This document shows, piece by piece, positions 1 through 9,700 of a stretch of DNA of 64,000 bases. This DNA comes from Candidatus Aminicenantes bacterium (GTDB taxonomy: Bacteria; Acidobacteriota; Aminicenantia; UBA2199), in contig DAOWCY010000010.1 of NCBI GenBank assembly GCA_030639305.1, forward strand, positions 2,773-66,772. Reading direction: 5' to 3'. The translations under genes and the position numbers were made by a program. The stretch's first letter is position 1, and each line of letters starts with the position of its first letter. Below the pieces are notes generated by a model. That model was not told the DNA's origin. It saw only the letters and a program-made list of their open reading frames with translations, and did no database searches.

Positions 1-1412
1 TTTAAAGTATGTTCACGGCGGTTCCCGGGTTTTGGGAAGTTATACTTTTGAAGCCCGGCTTGTTTTACAATTTTGAAAAAAAGCAGGGAGTCACTCAAAT
101 AAAAAATTAGTATTGTAATAAGTATGACAGCCACATACCCGATCAGCAGCTCGAAAAAATTTAGATACATTTTAGATACAGCAAATAATCCCACTGCCAG
201 GATTGACCATGGTGAAAATAGTCTCACATATATCCACCACAAGGAGTTTCCCAAAACATGCAGTGACTTTGGAATATTATCCCGATTTCTATATATAAAA
301 TAATATAATGCAAAAGCAGCAAACATGAATGCCGAAAACATTAGAGATCTCTCAAAACAATCGATCACCGATGATGTCCACCCGAATAGAGTACCATAAA
401 GAGCCGAACCAGCCATGATAATTGCTGCAATACAAGCCAAAATGAAATACAATTTCACGGCTCCGAGAAACATATCCGCCGATAGAGTCTGTTTTTCCTC
501 TTGCTCAACTGCTATTTTTATTGCCTTTTTTAGTTTTTTTACATGATATTTAGCTGCGCGAATTCCATGTTTATCTTTCTTTTTTTTATACAAATCCAGC
601 GCCCTTTTAAAATATTTTCGGGCCTCTTCATATTTCTTCTCTTTGATTAGTAACCAACCAATGTTGAAATAAGGGCTGGGGAAATTCTCATCCAATTGGA
701 GGGCTTTCAAATAACAGCGTTCAGCATCTGCGTCCTTTCCCTGTTCATAATATAGAAATCCCAGGTAATCCCATTGGGAAGAACGTTCACCATCGGCTTC
801 TATTGCTTTCTTGAGATACTCTTCCGCTTCTTTGAATTTTTTTTTATTAGCGTAAAGAATACCGATATTAGTATAAGGGTGAGGTGATGTGGGATCGATT
901 TCCATTGCTTTTTCATAATTCCTCATAGCTCCGCTGAAATCCTTCTTATCGGCACAGATTACCCCAAGATTATTCCATGGATTGGCATTATTACTATCCA
1001 GTTCTAAGGATTTTTTTAAAAAGAACTCTGCTTTTTCATATTTCTTTCTTATCGAGTAAATAACCCCCAATTTATTCCAGGCCGAGGCGAAATGATTGTC
1101 GATTTCCAGGGCTTTTTTATAGTATGCTTCAGCTCCGCGGTATTTCTTCTGCTCAAACGCGATTGAAGCCAATTCATAATATGCAGCGACAAAATCACCA
1201 TCGTTTCCTATCGCACGGATGAAAAAATCGTTTGCCTTTTCATAATCACCTTCCAACAAACTCAAAGAACCATTGGCACATTGAATATATGCTTCCGACT
1301 TTTCAATTTTTGCTTTATCCAGGATACTTCGTACAAAAAGAATAGCATCGCCTTTTTTTCTATATTTACCGAAATATTCTAAATATAGATTATGAAGTAT
1401 ATCTTTTTTCAT
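1..1412 (-). CDS. TPR-repeat protein with C-terminal transmembrane segments (3' end runs off the window)
   Basis: Not in the ORF track because it has no stop in the window. Translated by hand from ATG at 1412: MKKDILHNLY...; tandem TPR motifs (AYYELASIAFEQKKYRGAEAYYKKALEID, AWNKLGVIYSIRKKYEKAEFFFKKSLELD, PWNNLGVICADKKDFSGAMRNYEKAMEIDP), then hydrophobic helices (LGAVKLYFILACIAAI, LLIGYVAVILITILIFYL). Confidence 0.85.
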   Translation of the reverse strand, partial: MKKDILHNLYLEYFGKYRKKGDAILFVRSILDKAKIEKSEAYIQCANGSLSLLEGDYEKANDFFIRAIGNDGDFVAAYYELASIAFEQKKYRGAEAYYKKALEIDNHFASAWNKLGVIYSIRKKYEKAEFFLKKSLELDSNNANPWNNLGVICADKKDFSGAMRNYEKAMEIDPTSPHPYTNIGILYANKKKFKEAEEYLKKAIEADGERSSQWDYLGFLYYEQGKDADAERCYLKALQLDENFPSPYFNIGWLLIKEKKYEEARKYFKRALDLYKKKKDKHGIRAAKYHVKKLKKAIKIAVEQEEKQTLSADMFLGAVKLYFILACIAAIIMAGSALYGTLFGWTSSVIDCFERSLMFSAFMFAAFALYYFIYRNRDNIPKSLHVLGNSLWWIYVRLFSPWSILAVGLFAVSKMYLNFFELLIGYVAVILITILIFYLSDSLLFFKIVKQAGLQKYNFPKPGNRREHTL

Positions 1413-1433
1413 AGTTGTGTGGTATTTGGCATT

Positions 1434-2213
1434 TTATAGTATATTATCTATAACCTTTTCATCATAAGCTATGCTGCCATGTTCCCAAACCAGGTTGAAC
1501 CAATTCATAAAATCAGCAAGGATTTTGCCTTCGTAACCGCCATCCTTTGATAACCGAAGCGTTGCACTCCTAGTGGCGGAATAATCGATGGTTTTTGCAT
1601 CTCCGCGTTTCGTAAAAATCGAGAAAAATCCCTTCTTACCATCGATTACCATTCCCCGTAATACAGGCTCATTATTATAAAACCTGATTTCCAATTTGTG
1701 AACTCTTTCCATACCCAGGCGTCTCCTCATAATATCCCCCAACAGATGTGCGCTCATCTGGCTTAAGCGGTTGTTTATTTGTACTTTATCATTGGGAATG
1801 GCTCCCTCTTTACCTTCACCGGATACTAAAGCCACAGGACTTCTTAACAGTATCCTCAATTTCTCCACAAAGCAGTTCCTTTCATCGAATAACTCTAACA
1901 TGCGATGCGCACTATTGGACGTGTAAGCAGCGATAACGATCTCTTTAAACCTCCCATTTTGGGGAACCAGGGATACAAGCTTTCGATGAGCCTCCCTGGC
2001 GCTGCCGAAATCCCAACCATGTTTGATCCTGTCCCAAAAAGTCGACAACCATACACTGAGAAAGGCTGAGAGACTGGATGCAAAAAATGAAATACCGATT
2101 AAATACCATACATTATCCGAAGCAGTCTTAACCACCTGGGTGAAAACGAAAACCAGGACTAATCCCAATAACGCGGCAATCAATGCACCAAATGCTTGTT
2201 TATTCATCATCAT
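1434..2213 (-). CDS. 2-TM membrane protein with DUF5919-like cytoplasmic domain
   Basis: Two N-terminal hydrophobic helices. C-terminal pattern LEIRFYNNEPVLRGMVIDG...FFSIF...FMNWFNLVWEHG resembles DUF5919-type domains. AGGAGG RBS upstream. Confidence 0.6.
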   Translation of the reverse strand: MMMNKQAFGALIAALLGLVLVFVFTQVVKTASDNVWYLIGISFFASSLSAFLSVWLSTFWDRIKHGWDFGSAREAHRKLVSLVPQNGRFKEIVIAAYTSNSAHRMLELFDERNCFVEKLRILLRSPVALVSGEGKEGAIPNDKVQINNRLSQMSAHLLGDIMRRRLGMERVHKLEIRFYNNEPVLRGMVIDGKKGFFSIFTKRGDAKTIDYSATRSATLRLSKDGGYEGKILADFMNWFNLVWEHGSIAYDEKVIDNIL

Positions 2214-2227
2214 ACACCTCCTTTCTG

Positions 2228-3271
2228 TTACAATTTGGTCAATTTAAAAATTTCCCAGGCTCTTATTTTGGGCCGGTTAGCAAATAATTCATGCTCCGCC
2301 CCGCTTTCAGCAGAAACGAAATGGCCTTTATTAGACGTCCGAAGTGCAATCTTATCATGTTCTAAAACAATCATCTCGAACCCTTCTAATTCTTGAAATG
2401 GAGGAGTCCCGGCAATTAATGCCCCTTCCCCACCGTTTTCAGCAGAAACATATTGCCCGTTTTCTAACTGCAATCTTACTTTACTGTCCGGTAATTCAAA
2501 AATAGTAAAAATCTCCGCTTCCTTTATACTGCTGCTGACAGCAGCAAACTTCCCACTGCGTCCCGCTACCGAAACATATTTACCGTTGTGTGCCTGGAGA
2601 GCAGCCCGGAAAATATCTTGCGTCGTGGAAATAGAGCCTGGAAAATCTTCTCCACTTCCCGGATCTTCAGACTTTTCTTTTTTTTTCAAAATAGGGATTA
2701 GATGTTCGGGAAGTTTGGGAAACTCTGTCCGGACAGCATTTCGGCCAAATTCAAAAGCGTCTCCGATAGACCTGCCTGCGCCTAAGGCATCGTAAAATCC
2801 CACGGCAAATTCAATGGCAGCTTTATCATTGATTTCTCTCTGCATGCCGATCACATAATCGATATGCTCGCTGATAGCCGCTGCTTGTTCCGCTGAATAA
2901 CAGGCGCTGAGAATCACACATTCTACATGCTTCGAACAAAGTTTAAATAATTCAGTGAGCGCATTTGCAGAAAAAAGCACACCAAAACCCATTTCATCTT
3001 CTAAGAATAACCCCTCTTTTTCCCCATGTCCGGTAAAATGAACGATCTGCGGTACTTCATCCAGGAGCGCCCTGCGGAAATCCCGTAAGCGCACTGCCCA
3101 TTTCGAGCGGATTTCAAATCGGCTGCGGTGTTTTGCACGCTGCAAGCCTTCTTCGATTTCGCGAACTTCTTCATCCAATCGCAGACGGGAAGTGGTTTTG
3201 GGATTGGCTGATAGGATAAGGATGGTTTTTCGTAAGCCGCTGCCTTGTTTAATTACATTTTCTTCATCCAT
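2228..3271 (-). CDS. CHAT (caspase-like) protease fused to a fascin-like beta-trefoil
   Basis: ILILSANP...LRLDEEVREI, HFTGHG (His), ILSACYS (Cys). C-terminus has three trefoil repeats: ALQAHNGKYVSV, LQLENGQYVSAENGG, ALRTSNKGHFVSAESG...ANRPKIRAWEIF. Confidence 0.85.
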   Translation of the reverse strand: MDEENVIKQGSGLRKTILILSANPKTTSRLRLDEEVREIEEGLQRAKHRSRFEIRSKWAVRLRDFRRALLDEVPQIVHFTGHGEKEGLFLEDEMGFGVLFSANALTELFKLCSKHVECVILSACYSAEQAAAISEHIDYVIGMQREINDKAAIEFAVGFYDALGAGRSIGDAFEFGRNAVRTEFPKLPEHLIPILKKKEKSEDPGSGEDFPGSISTTQDIFRAALQAHNGKYVSVAGRSGKFAAVSSSIKEAEIFTIFELPDSKVRLQLENGQYVSAENGGEGALIAGTPPFQELEGFEMIVLEHDKIALRTSNKGHFVSAESGAEHELFANRPKIRAWEIFKLTKL

Positions 3272-3273
3272 GG

Positions 3274-4968
3274 TTAGGAATTCCCCCTATTTTCATCGGA
3301 CGACCGGTCAGTTTGATCGATAAAATTCTTCATGGTCATCTCAAAATTCTTTTTTAATTTGTATATCTCCTTGATTTTCGTTTTTTTACTACTGTAATCC
3401 CATGCTAAGTATACTCCTCCGAAAATAGTCATTGTCAAAAGAAAGTTAATTACATTAGACTCTATAGAAAGAAAATCGGGAATAATAATCAAACCGCTGA
3501 AAATAATGAGAGTTAACCGCCCTAACTTCGAATACTTCTGCTTGCATTTGGTGAGCGATTTTTCTATGTCATTGTCCTTCACGCGATACATTTCGAAAAT
3601 GCGCCTGTCATACTCTTCAAGGAATTCACAATATAAATTCTCAGGGTCTTTTATGTGAATATCCGGTTCAATATCGGTGCCTAATGCCTCATATCTCGAT
3701 AATAATTTAAAATACCTCTCGACTGCATGTTTGGGGTTTGAATATGTTTCCATAATGTAGATGCCCAGGATAAATAAGCCAAGAGGGATTCCATATTTTA
3801 CAAACTGGCCGAACCTCGCGAATAGATCGGGTAGATTTCCGGTATATACATATACGATGAGCAACACCCCTAAAGCCGAGTACAAAAAAAATTTCCTCTT
3901 TATTTCTCTGATTACTTGTTCTTTGGTTAAAACTCCAGGGAGTATATATTTTTTAATATATTCCTGCTGCTTAGAGGAAAAGGTTGTTAATATAAGTTTT
4001 ATCTTTTCCGATTCTGAAAACACCGGGGCTTTGATACCCATGAGCCTGAGAAGTTCTTTTAGCCCACTGATATAACCTTTCCTCAAATCCACGGAAATAA
4101 AAGATTTTAAAAAATCCGGGATCGAACACTCTTCCATAATGACCGGGATAATTTGCGTGCCTTCTCGATTACACTGGTCGATTGCCATACCTAACTCCAT
4201 TTCTACCCACCGGGATTTTACCGAATGTTGAGTAAGGAGAATGATAAAATAATCACATTCTCGAATACCTCCGGATATTTTTTGAAGGAGTAAATCGCCC
4301 GGTAAAATAGACCAATCGTCATACCATACCTTCATTCCATATTTTTTCAGGTCTTTAGCAAGGGGTTCGGCGTGCAAGACTTTATCCTTATGAGAATGGC
4401 AAAGAAACACCATGTTTTTTTCCACCGGAACATTTTGCATGTGAATGGCATTTACAGCGAATTTGTAGGCGACGTCAAAAGTCTTTCCCGCTCCTAACGC
4501 ATCATAAAATGCGACTGCAAATTCGATTGCCGTTTTACGCTTGATTGCTCTATCCAGTCCATAAACAGAATCGATATGCTGTCTTATGGCTTTTGCTTGC
4601 AATTCCGAATAACAGGCATTAAGTAAAATACATTCTACTTTGTCTGCAAAGAGCTTGAAAAAGCCTGCGAGCATATCCGTATTGATCAAAATGGCGTTTC
4701 CACTTTCATCTTCTATCATCAACCCACCCTTTTTCCCATGCCCGCAGAAGTGTACAATATCCGGTTCATGGTCTAACATTGCTCGTCTAATGTCTCTAAA
4801 AGTGACTGCCCATTTTGATTTGATTTCAAATTGGTCTCGATATTTTGAACGCCTTAGCCCTTCTTCTATTTCACGAACCTCTTCATCCAGCCGTAACCTG
4901 GCGGTGTTTTTGGGATTCGCGGACAGGATAAGAATCTTCTTCTTTTTTTTACCTTTTACTTTGCTCAT
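3274..4968 (-). CDS. CHAT-TIR-4TM protein
   Basis: CHAT HFCGHG/LLNACYS; TIR VFLCHSHKDK...VWYDDWSILPGD...SRWVEMEL; two pairs of hydrophobic helices at the C-terminus. Confidence 0.88.
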   Translation of the reverse strand: MSKVKGKKKKKILILSANPKNTARLRLDEEVREIEEGLRRSKYRDQFEIKSKWAVTFRDIRRAMLDHEPDIVHFCGHGKKGGLMIEDESGNAILINTDMLAGFFKLFADKVECILLNACYSELQAKAIRQHIDSVYGLDRAIKRKTAIEFAVAFYDALGAGKTFDVAYKFAVNAIHMQNVPVEKNMVFLCHSHKDKVLHAEPLAKDLKKYGMKVWYDDWSILPGDLLLQKISGGIRECDYFIILLTQHSVKSRWVEMELGMAIDQCNREGTQIIPVIMEECSIPDFLKSFISVDLRKGYISGLKELLRLMGIKAPVFSESEKIKLILTTFSSKQQEYIKKYILPGVLTKEQVIREIKRKFFLYSALGVLLIVYVYTGNLPDLFARFGQFVKYGIPLGLFILGIYIMETYSNPKHAVERYFKLLSRYEALGTDIEPDIHIKDPENLYCEFLEEYDRRIFEMYRVKDNDIEKSLTKCKQKYSKLGRLTLIIFSGLIIIPDFLSIESNVINFLLTMTIFGGVYLAWDYSSKKTKIKEIYKLKKNFEMTMKNFIDQTDRSSDENRGNS

Positions 4969-6670
4969 CGTTATTGTTTAAGATTGAAACATTCTTATTC
5001 TCATCTTGAGGATTTTGGCAAGTAAATATCTTTATTGTTCTCTCAAAATCTTCCTTTGATTTATACATTTCGTTGATTTTCTTGATTTTATTATTATATT
5101 CCGTAAATAATATTCCACCCAATAGCAATACCACTAATTTGAAAAAAATCATTATATCAGTCTCTTTCTCGAGTGATTCCGAATAAATAAGCAAACCGAT
5201 TAAAGCAAGCAAGTCCACCCCTCCTAATATCGCATACCACCGTTTGCATATGTTGAGCGAATTGTCTATGTCTTTGTCCTTTATCCGGTACTTTCTATAG
5301 AAGCGTTTATCTTTGTCATTCAGGAATTCGTAAAATAAATCCACGGAATTATTGCGATGAAGATCCGCTCCGTAATCTGTGCTTAAGTCTTCATATATTG
5401 AAAGCAATTTATAATATCGTTTAACATAAAATTTCGGCCCTAAATATTTCGTCGATAATTGGAGACCGAAGAATACCATACCTAAAGGAACTCCAAACCT
5501 AACCAAATCACCGAACTTCGCCAATAGCTGAAATAAATTCCCGAATAGGCCCAATCCGATTCCCAATAGACCTAAGATCAAATAATGTAATTTTTTCTTC
5601 GTTATCTTTTTGAACGCCTGCTTATTAGTATATCCTCGGGAAAGGGCAAATTCGGTAATATCTGCTTGCTGCTCAGGCGTGAACATTTTTAATATTAGTT
5701 TAGTTTTTTCCGATTCCGACAATACCTGAGATTCAATACCGAAAACCAGGAGAAGTTCTTTTAAGCCACTGGAATAGCCTTTTCTAAAATCCAGGTAATT
5801 AAAAGACTTTAAAAAATCCGGTACATTACACTCTCCCCAAATGATAGGGATAATTCGGATGCCTTCCTGCTTCCGACGGTCGAATGCCTGTCCTAACTCA
5901 AAGTTTACCCAATTAGAATCTATAGAATTGGGAGTTAGTAGAACGATAAAACAATCACTTTCTCGAATTCCGCTGGATATTTTCTGAATTAGTGAGTCAC
6001 CCGGTAAAATGGACCAGCTATCATACCACACCTCGATTCCATGTTTTTTCAGGTCTTTCGCAAGGGGCTCAGCATGAAAGAGTTTATCTTTATGAGAATG
6101 ACATATAAATACCGTATTCTTTCTAAAAGAATTTCCAAACTGAATTGCGTTTTGACCGAATTTATATGCTTCTTCATAATTCTTTCCCGCACCCAAAGCG
6201 TCATAAAATCCGACTGCAAATTCGACAGCGATATCATGCTTGATAGCTTTATCATTTCCGTAAACAAAATTGATATGCTGCCTTATGATCTTTGCATGTG
6301 GTTCGGAATAGCATGCATTGAGCAAGACACATTCTACTTTCTTTTCAAAAAGCTTGAACAATCCCACAAACGCATCCGGGGTAAGCCAGATAGCTTTTCC
6401 GCTTTTATCTTCTACAATAAGACCATCTTTTTCCCCATGCCCGCAAAAGTGTACAATATCCGGTTCATAATCTAACATTGCTCTTCGAATGTCTCCAAAC
6501 GTGACGGCCCATTTTGCTTTAATTTGAAATCGATCCCGATACTTTGAACGGCGTAATCCTTCCTCTATTTCGCGGACCTCTTCATCCAAACGGAGCCTGG
6601 AAGTGGTTTTGGGATTGGCTGCCAGGATGAGAATCTTTTTCGCCGGTTGTGATTCTTTTAATCTTGCCAT
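4949..6670 (-). CDS. CHAT-TIR-4TM protein (tandem paralog)
   Basis: CHAT HFCGHG/LLNACYS; TIR VFICHSHKDK...VWYDSWSILPGD...SNWVNFEL; four TM helices; colinear with 3274..4968. Confidence 0.88.
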   Translation of the reverse strand: MARLKESQPAKKILILAANPKTTSRLRLDEEVREIEEGLRRSKYRDRFQIKAKWAVTFGDIRRAMLDYEPDIVHFCGHGEKDGLIVEDKSGKAIWLTPDAFVGLFKLFEKKVECVLLNACYSEPHAKIIRQHINFVYGNDKAIKHDIAVEFAVGFYDALGAGKNYEEAYKFGQNAIQFGNSFRKNTVFICHSHKDKLFHAEPLAKDLKKHGIEVWYDSWSILPGDSLIQKISSGIRESDCFIVLLTPNSIDSNWVNFELGQAFDRRKQEGIRIIPIIWGECNVPDFLKSFNYLDFRKGYSSGLKELLLVFGIESQVLSESEKTKLILKMFTPEQQADITEFALSRGYTNKQAFKKITKKKLHYLILGLLGIGLGLFGNLFQLLAKFGDLVRFGVPLGMVFFGLQLSTKYLGPKFYVKRYYKLLSIYEDLSTDYGADLHRNNSVDLFYEFLNDKDKRFYRKYRIKDKDIDNSLNICKRWYAILGGVDLLALIGLLIYSESLEKETDIMIFFKLVVLLLGGILFTEYNNKIKKINEMYKSKEDFERTIKIFTCQNPQDENKNVSILNNNDEQSKR

Positions 6671-6702
6671 TTCATTCTCGCTTTGTTTTGTTTTTACATC
6701 AA

Positions 6703-6732
6703 ATTATAGCACTTGCCCGTATCCCGGGTCAA
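6703..6732 (-). promoter_or_regulatory. Sigma70-type promoter for the CHAT-TIR block
   Basis: Minus strand reads TTGACC-18 nt-TATAAT with a TG extended -10 (gtgcTATAAT), about 30 nt upstream of the ATG at 6670. Confidence 0.65.
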
Positions 6733-6760
6733 CTGCAATTTTAAACGAACCTCCGTTTTT

Positions 6761-9700
6761 TTACACAATCAACTGGAATACTCCCCAATAAAAAGGATGA
6801 CGCCATTTTTCCTGCCTTATAATATGCTGTCTGGCATCATGAAATGCCTCTCCTATAGACAGTCGATCACACAAATTTTCATAAAACTTTCTCCAGAATA
6901 CTACTCCCACTTCATCAGCTACCTGCCACCGGGTAGCGATTATCGCTTTCGCCCCCGCCGCCTTAAAGGCCCATGCTAATCCCATTACCCCTTCTCCCAA
7001 TATACTCTTACCCTCATGCGTAGAACAGGCACTCAGTACCACCAATTCACACCCGCGCAAATCCATCAGGATTATATCATGATACCCTACTGCTCCCAAT
7101 ATATGCTCTCCTTGAGAATTCTCTCCCGATAGTGCGATAAAACTCGAGGATGGATTGTCCTCATAAGTTATCCCATGAGTCGCTATGTGCAATACCTGGG
7201 GCGCTTTCTCTCCCGATAACTGCAAAAAATTCTCCCGGTTGGATTCATGCTCAAGGAAAAGTTCTATAGATGCATCCGTTACCGCAAAAAAGTTAGGTCC
7301 TTCTTTCATCCAATTACGCAATCTCGAATATCCCCATCGATTGAAAGTAGCTTTCGGCTGTGCGTCGGAAGATAATTCCCCGGTAACCGGGGGATCCGCC
7401 GGCAATTCCTTTTTCCCGGCAGACCCGGGGAAAATTTTGTTCATTTCAAACAAAGAAGCGCATCTATTACCGGCTTCTCGAAATACACCCACGATAGCTT
7501 CTGCTTCTTTTACTGTCCCGGGCAAACCCGGGAATTTATCTCCAAAAAAGGAATTAGCGAATACAGCAATACTCTTTATTGTAAACGGCTCCTCTAAGAT
7601 TTCCATATCTTTGTTCTGCCCGGTCAACAATACAGATGTCAATTCCTCTCCTACCCAACGGGTTATCTTTTTCCTTTCCTTATCTATGGCTAACGGCAGG
7701 GCTTCCAGCGGGATCCGGTGGTAAACACCGGTAGACCGTACTCCCATTAAATAAGGTAGTTCGTCATCCCCGGCTATCATTAACAAAGCCTCTTTCAGTT
7801 TTAGCCCTATCTCCACAACATAATCCAAATATACGGGACGTTTTAAAAATTCCAGGTAATCCCTTGCATCAGTGCGGCTTATTTCATCACCGGGATAATG
7901 AATTTGAGACCCATTATTTGCCAATACAACACTAACTATCGGCGCTTCGTAGGCCGCGGTCAGGAGATAACTCGCTGTCTCGATATGTACAATTTCCGGG
8001 TAATGGATATCGTAGGTTTGTACGTCTCGGTTTGACCGGGTCCTACTAAAAAGAGGATACAACAGTGTCATCAATTCCAGTTCTTTTTCCTTTACATCAG
8101 GGGACCGTTTTTCCGCAATTTCTAAACTGTGCCGTGCCAGGGATTCAGTTTCCTCTTTCACTTGCCGGGTCGCAGCCTCAGGCAATTCAGAAGTATACCG
8201 GTAAAGTTCCGCTTCTTTTTGCTTTCTCTGCCCCCGGTAACTGCATAGGCACTTTAGCCGGGAGACATTCCCTAACCAATCGGTATCACTGTTTTCAATT
8301 CCAGTCATTTTCACCAACAGCATGAGAAATAGGTCAATTGTCCCCATACCAATGGCAGATTCTTGTACCACAGCAGTGGGGGTAACCACTTCTTCGCTGT
8401 CGAAAATAATTTCATTTACTAAGGCGGCAACTGCCGTGGCTGCTTTTTCCAGTTCCTGATCATCTAAATCCAAAATAATTGCGGTTAATTCAAGAAGGTG
8501 ATTCAATATTTCGATCCGGGGTAAACCGAAGATTCGAGAGACTATTGATGAAATAGATTCCCATGTAACCGATTCACCTTTGTTGATTCGATATCTTACC
8601 AGGAGAAGAGCTGCATCTAATTGATCCGGGGTATCACCGGTAGCCAACTTTTCTATCCCCGGTATGAAACTCTCTGCTGTAGTGAAATCTTCATCACTCA
8701 AGGCTGCGCGCGCAAATAGCGGGGCCAGTTGCCCCCGAAATTTTGCCAATTCTGCTGGGTATTTTTCCATTGCGGTATCACGTCTTAGTTTCTCCAAAGA
8801 ATCTTTACTCAGTGCTTTTTCAATTATTTTAGTAGCTAAGGAAATGTCTTTCGCTTGAATGTCTCCGATTACAGCAGACTGATAAACTCCTTTGATAGTT
8901 TCCCTATCCTCTTTACTTAACAAGCCGGTAAATGCTACATCGATAGCCATAGCAAAATCACCGATTATCTCAGCATTAATAGTCTCGATCTCTCTTTTCT
9001 TATCTTTTACTTCCCGGGGTGTCAAACCAGGTACCTGCAAGGCCTTTTCAAAACAACCCGATGCCTCCTCGATACGGCTCAGTTCTAGTAAGATTTCACC
9101 TTTATTAACAAAGCAGTCGCTTTTCATACGTGCTTTATCTTTACCTAACGAAGAAACGAAGGATTCAGCACGAATGCTCCAGTCCAGGGCATCAGGAAAT
9201 CTCTTGATTTTTTTCCCGGCTCTCGCGGCGCTTTGAAAAATCCAATACAAGCAGTTATGCGTCTCTTCTCTAATTTCTTCCGGGAAAAATAAAAAAACAT
9301 CATGATTCATTTTCTCAAATACTCGTTCAAATATATTTTTGGCAAGTGCGATACACTCATAATAACATCCGGCGGAATAGGCAAAACCGACTACTTTGAC
9401 ACCGATACCAATACTATAAACTCTAAATTTATCTGCCTCCTCTTTTTTAGTGCGTTCAATTACAATGTGTGAAAAATAGTAATAATAAAGCTGTGCAACC
9501 CGGAAGGCTTCAAGTTTATATCTCCCATATAACTCCGAACCATATTCGTATACACTATTTATGGCGGAAAGAGGGTCGGATTCCACGAGACCTACATCCA
9601 AATTCAGTTCTCGTATTCTACTTGTAAGCTGCTGTTTAGCAAGCTTCCACCCCGTGCTTACCCACTGTTCGATACCTTCGGTAATAGGATCCTGGCGGTA

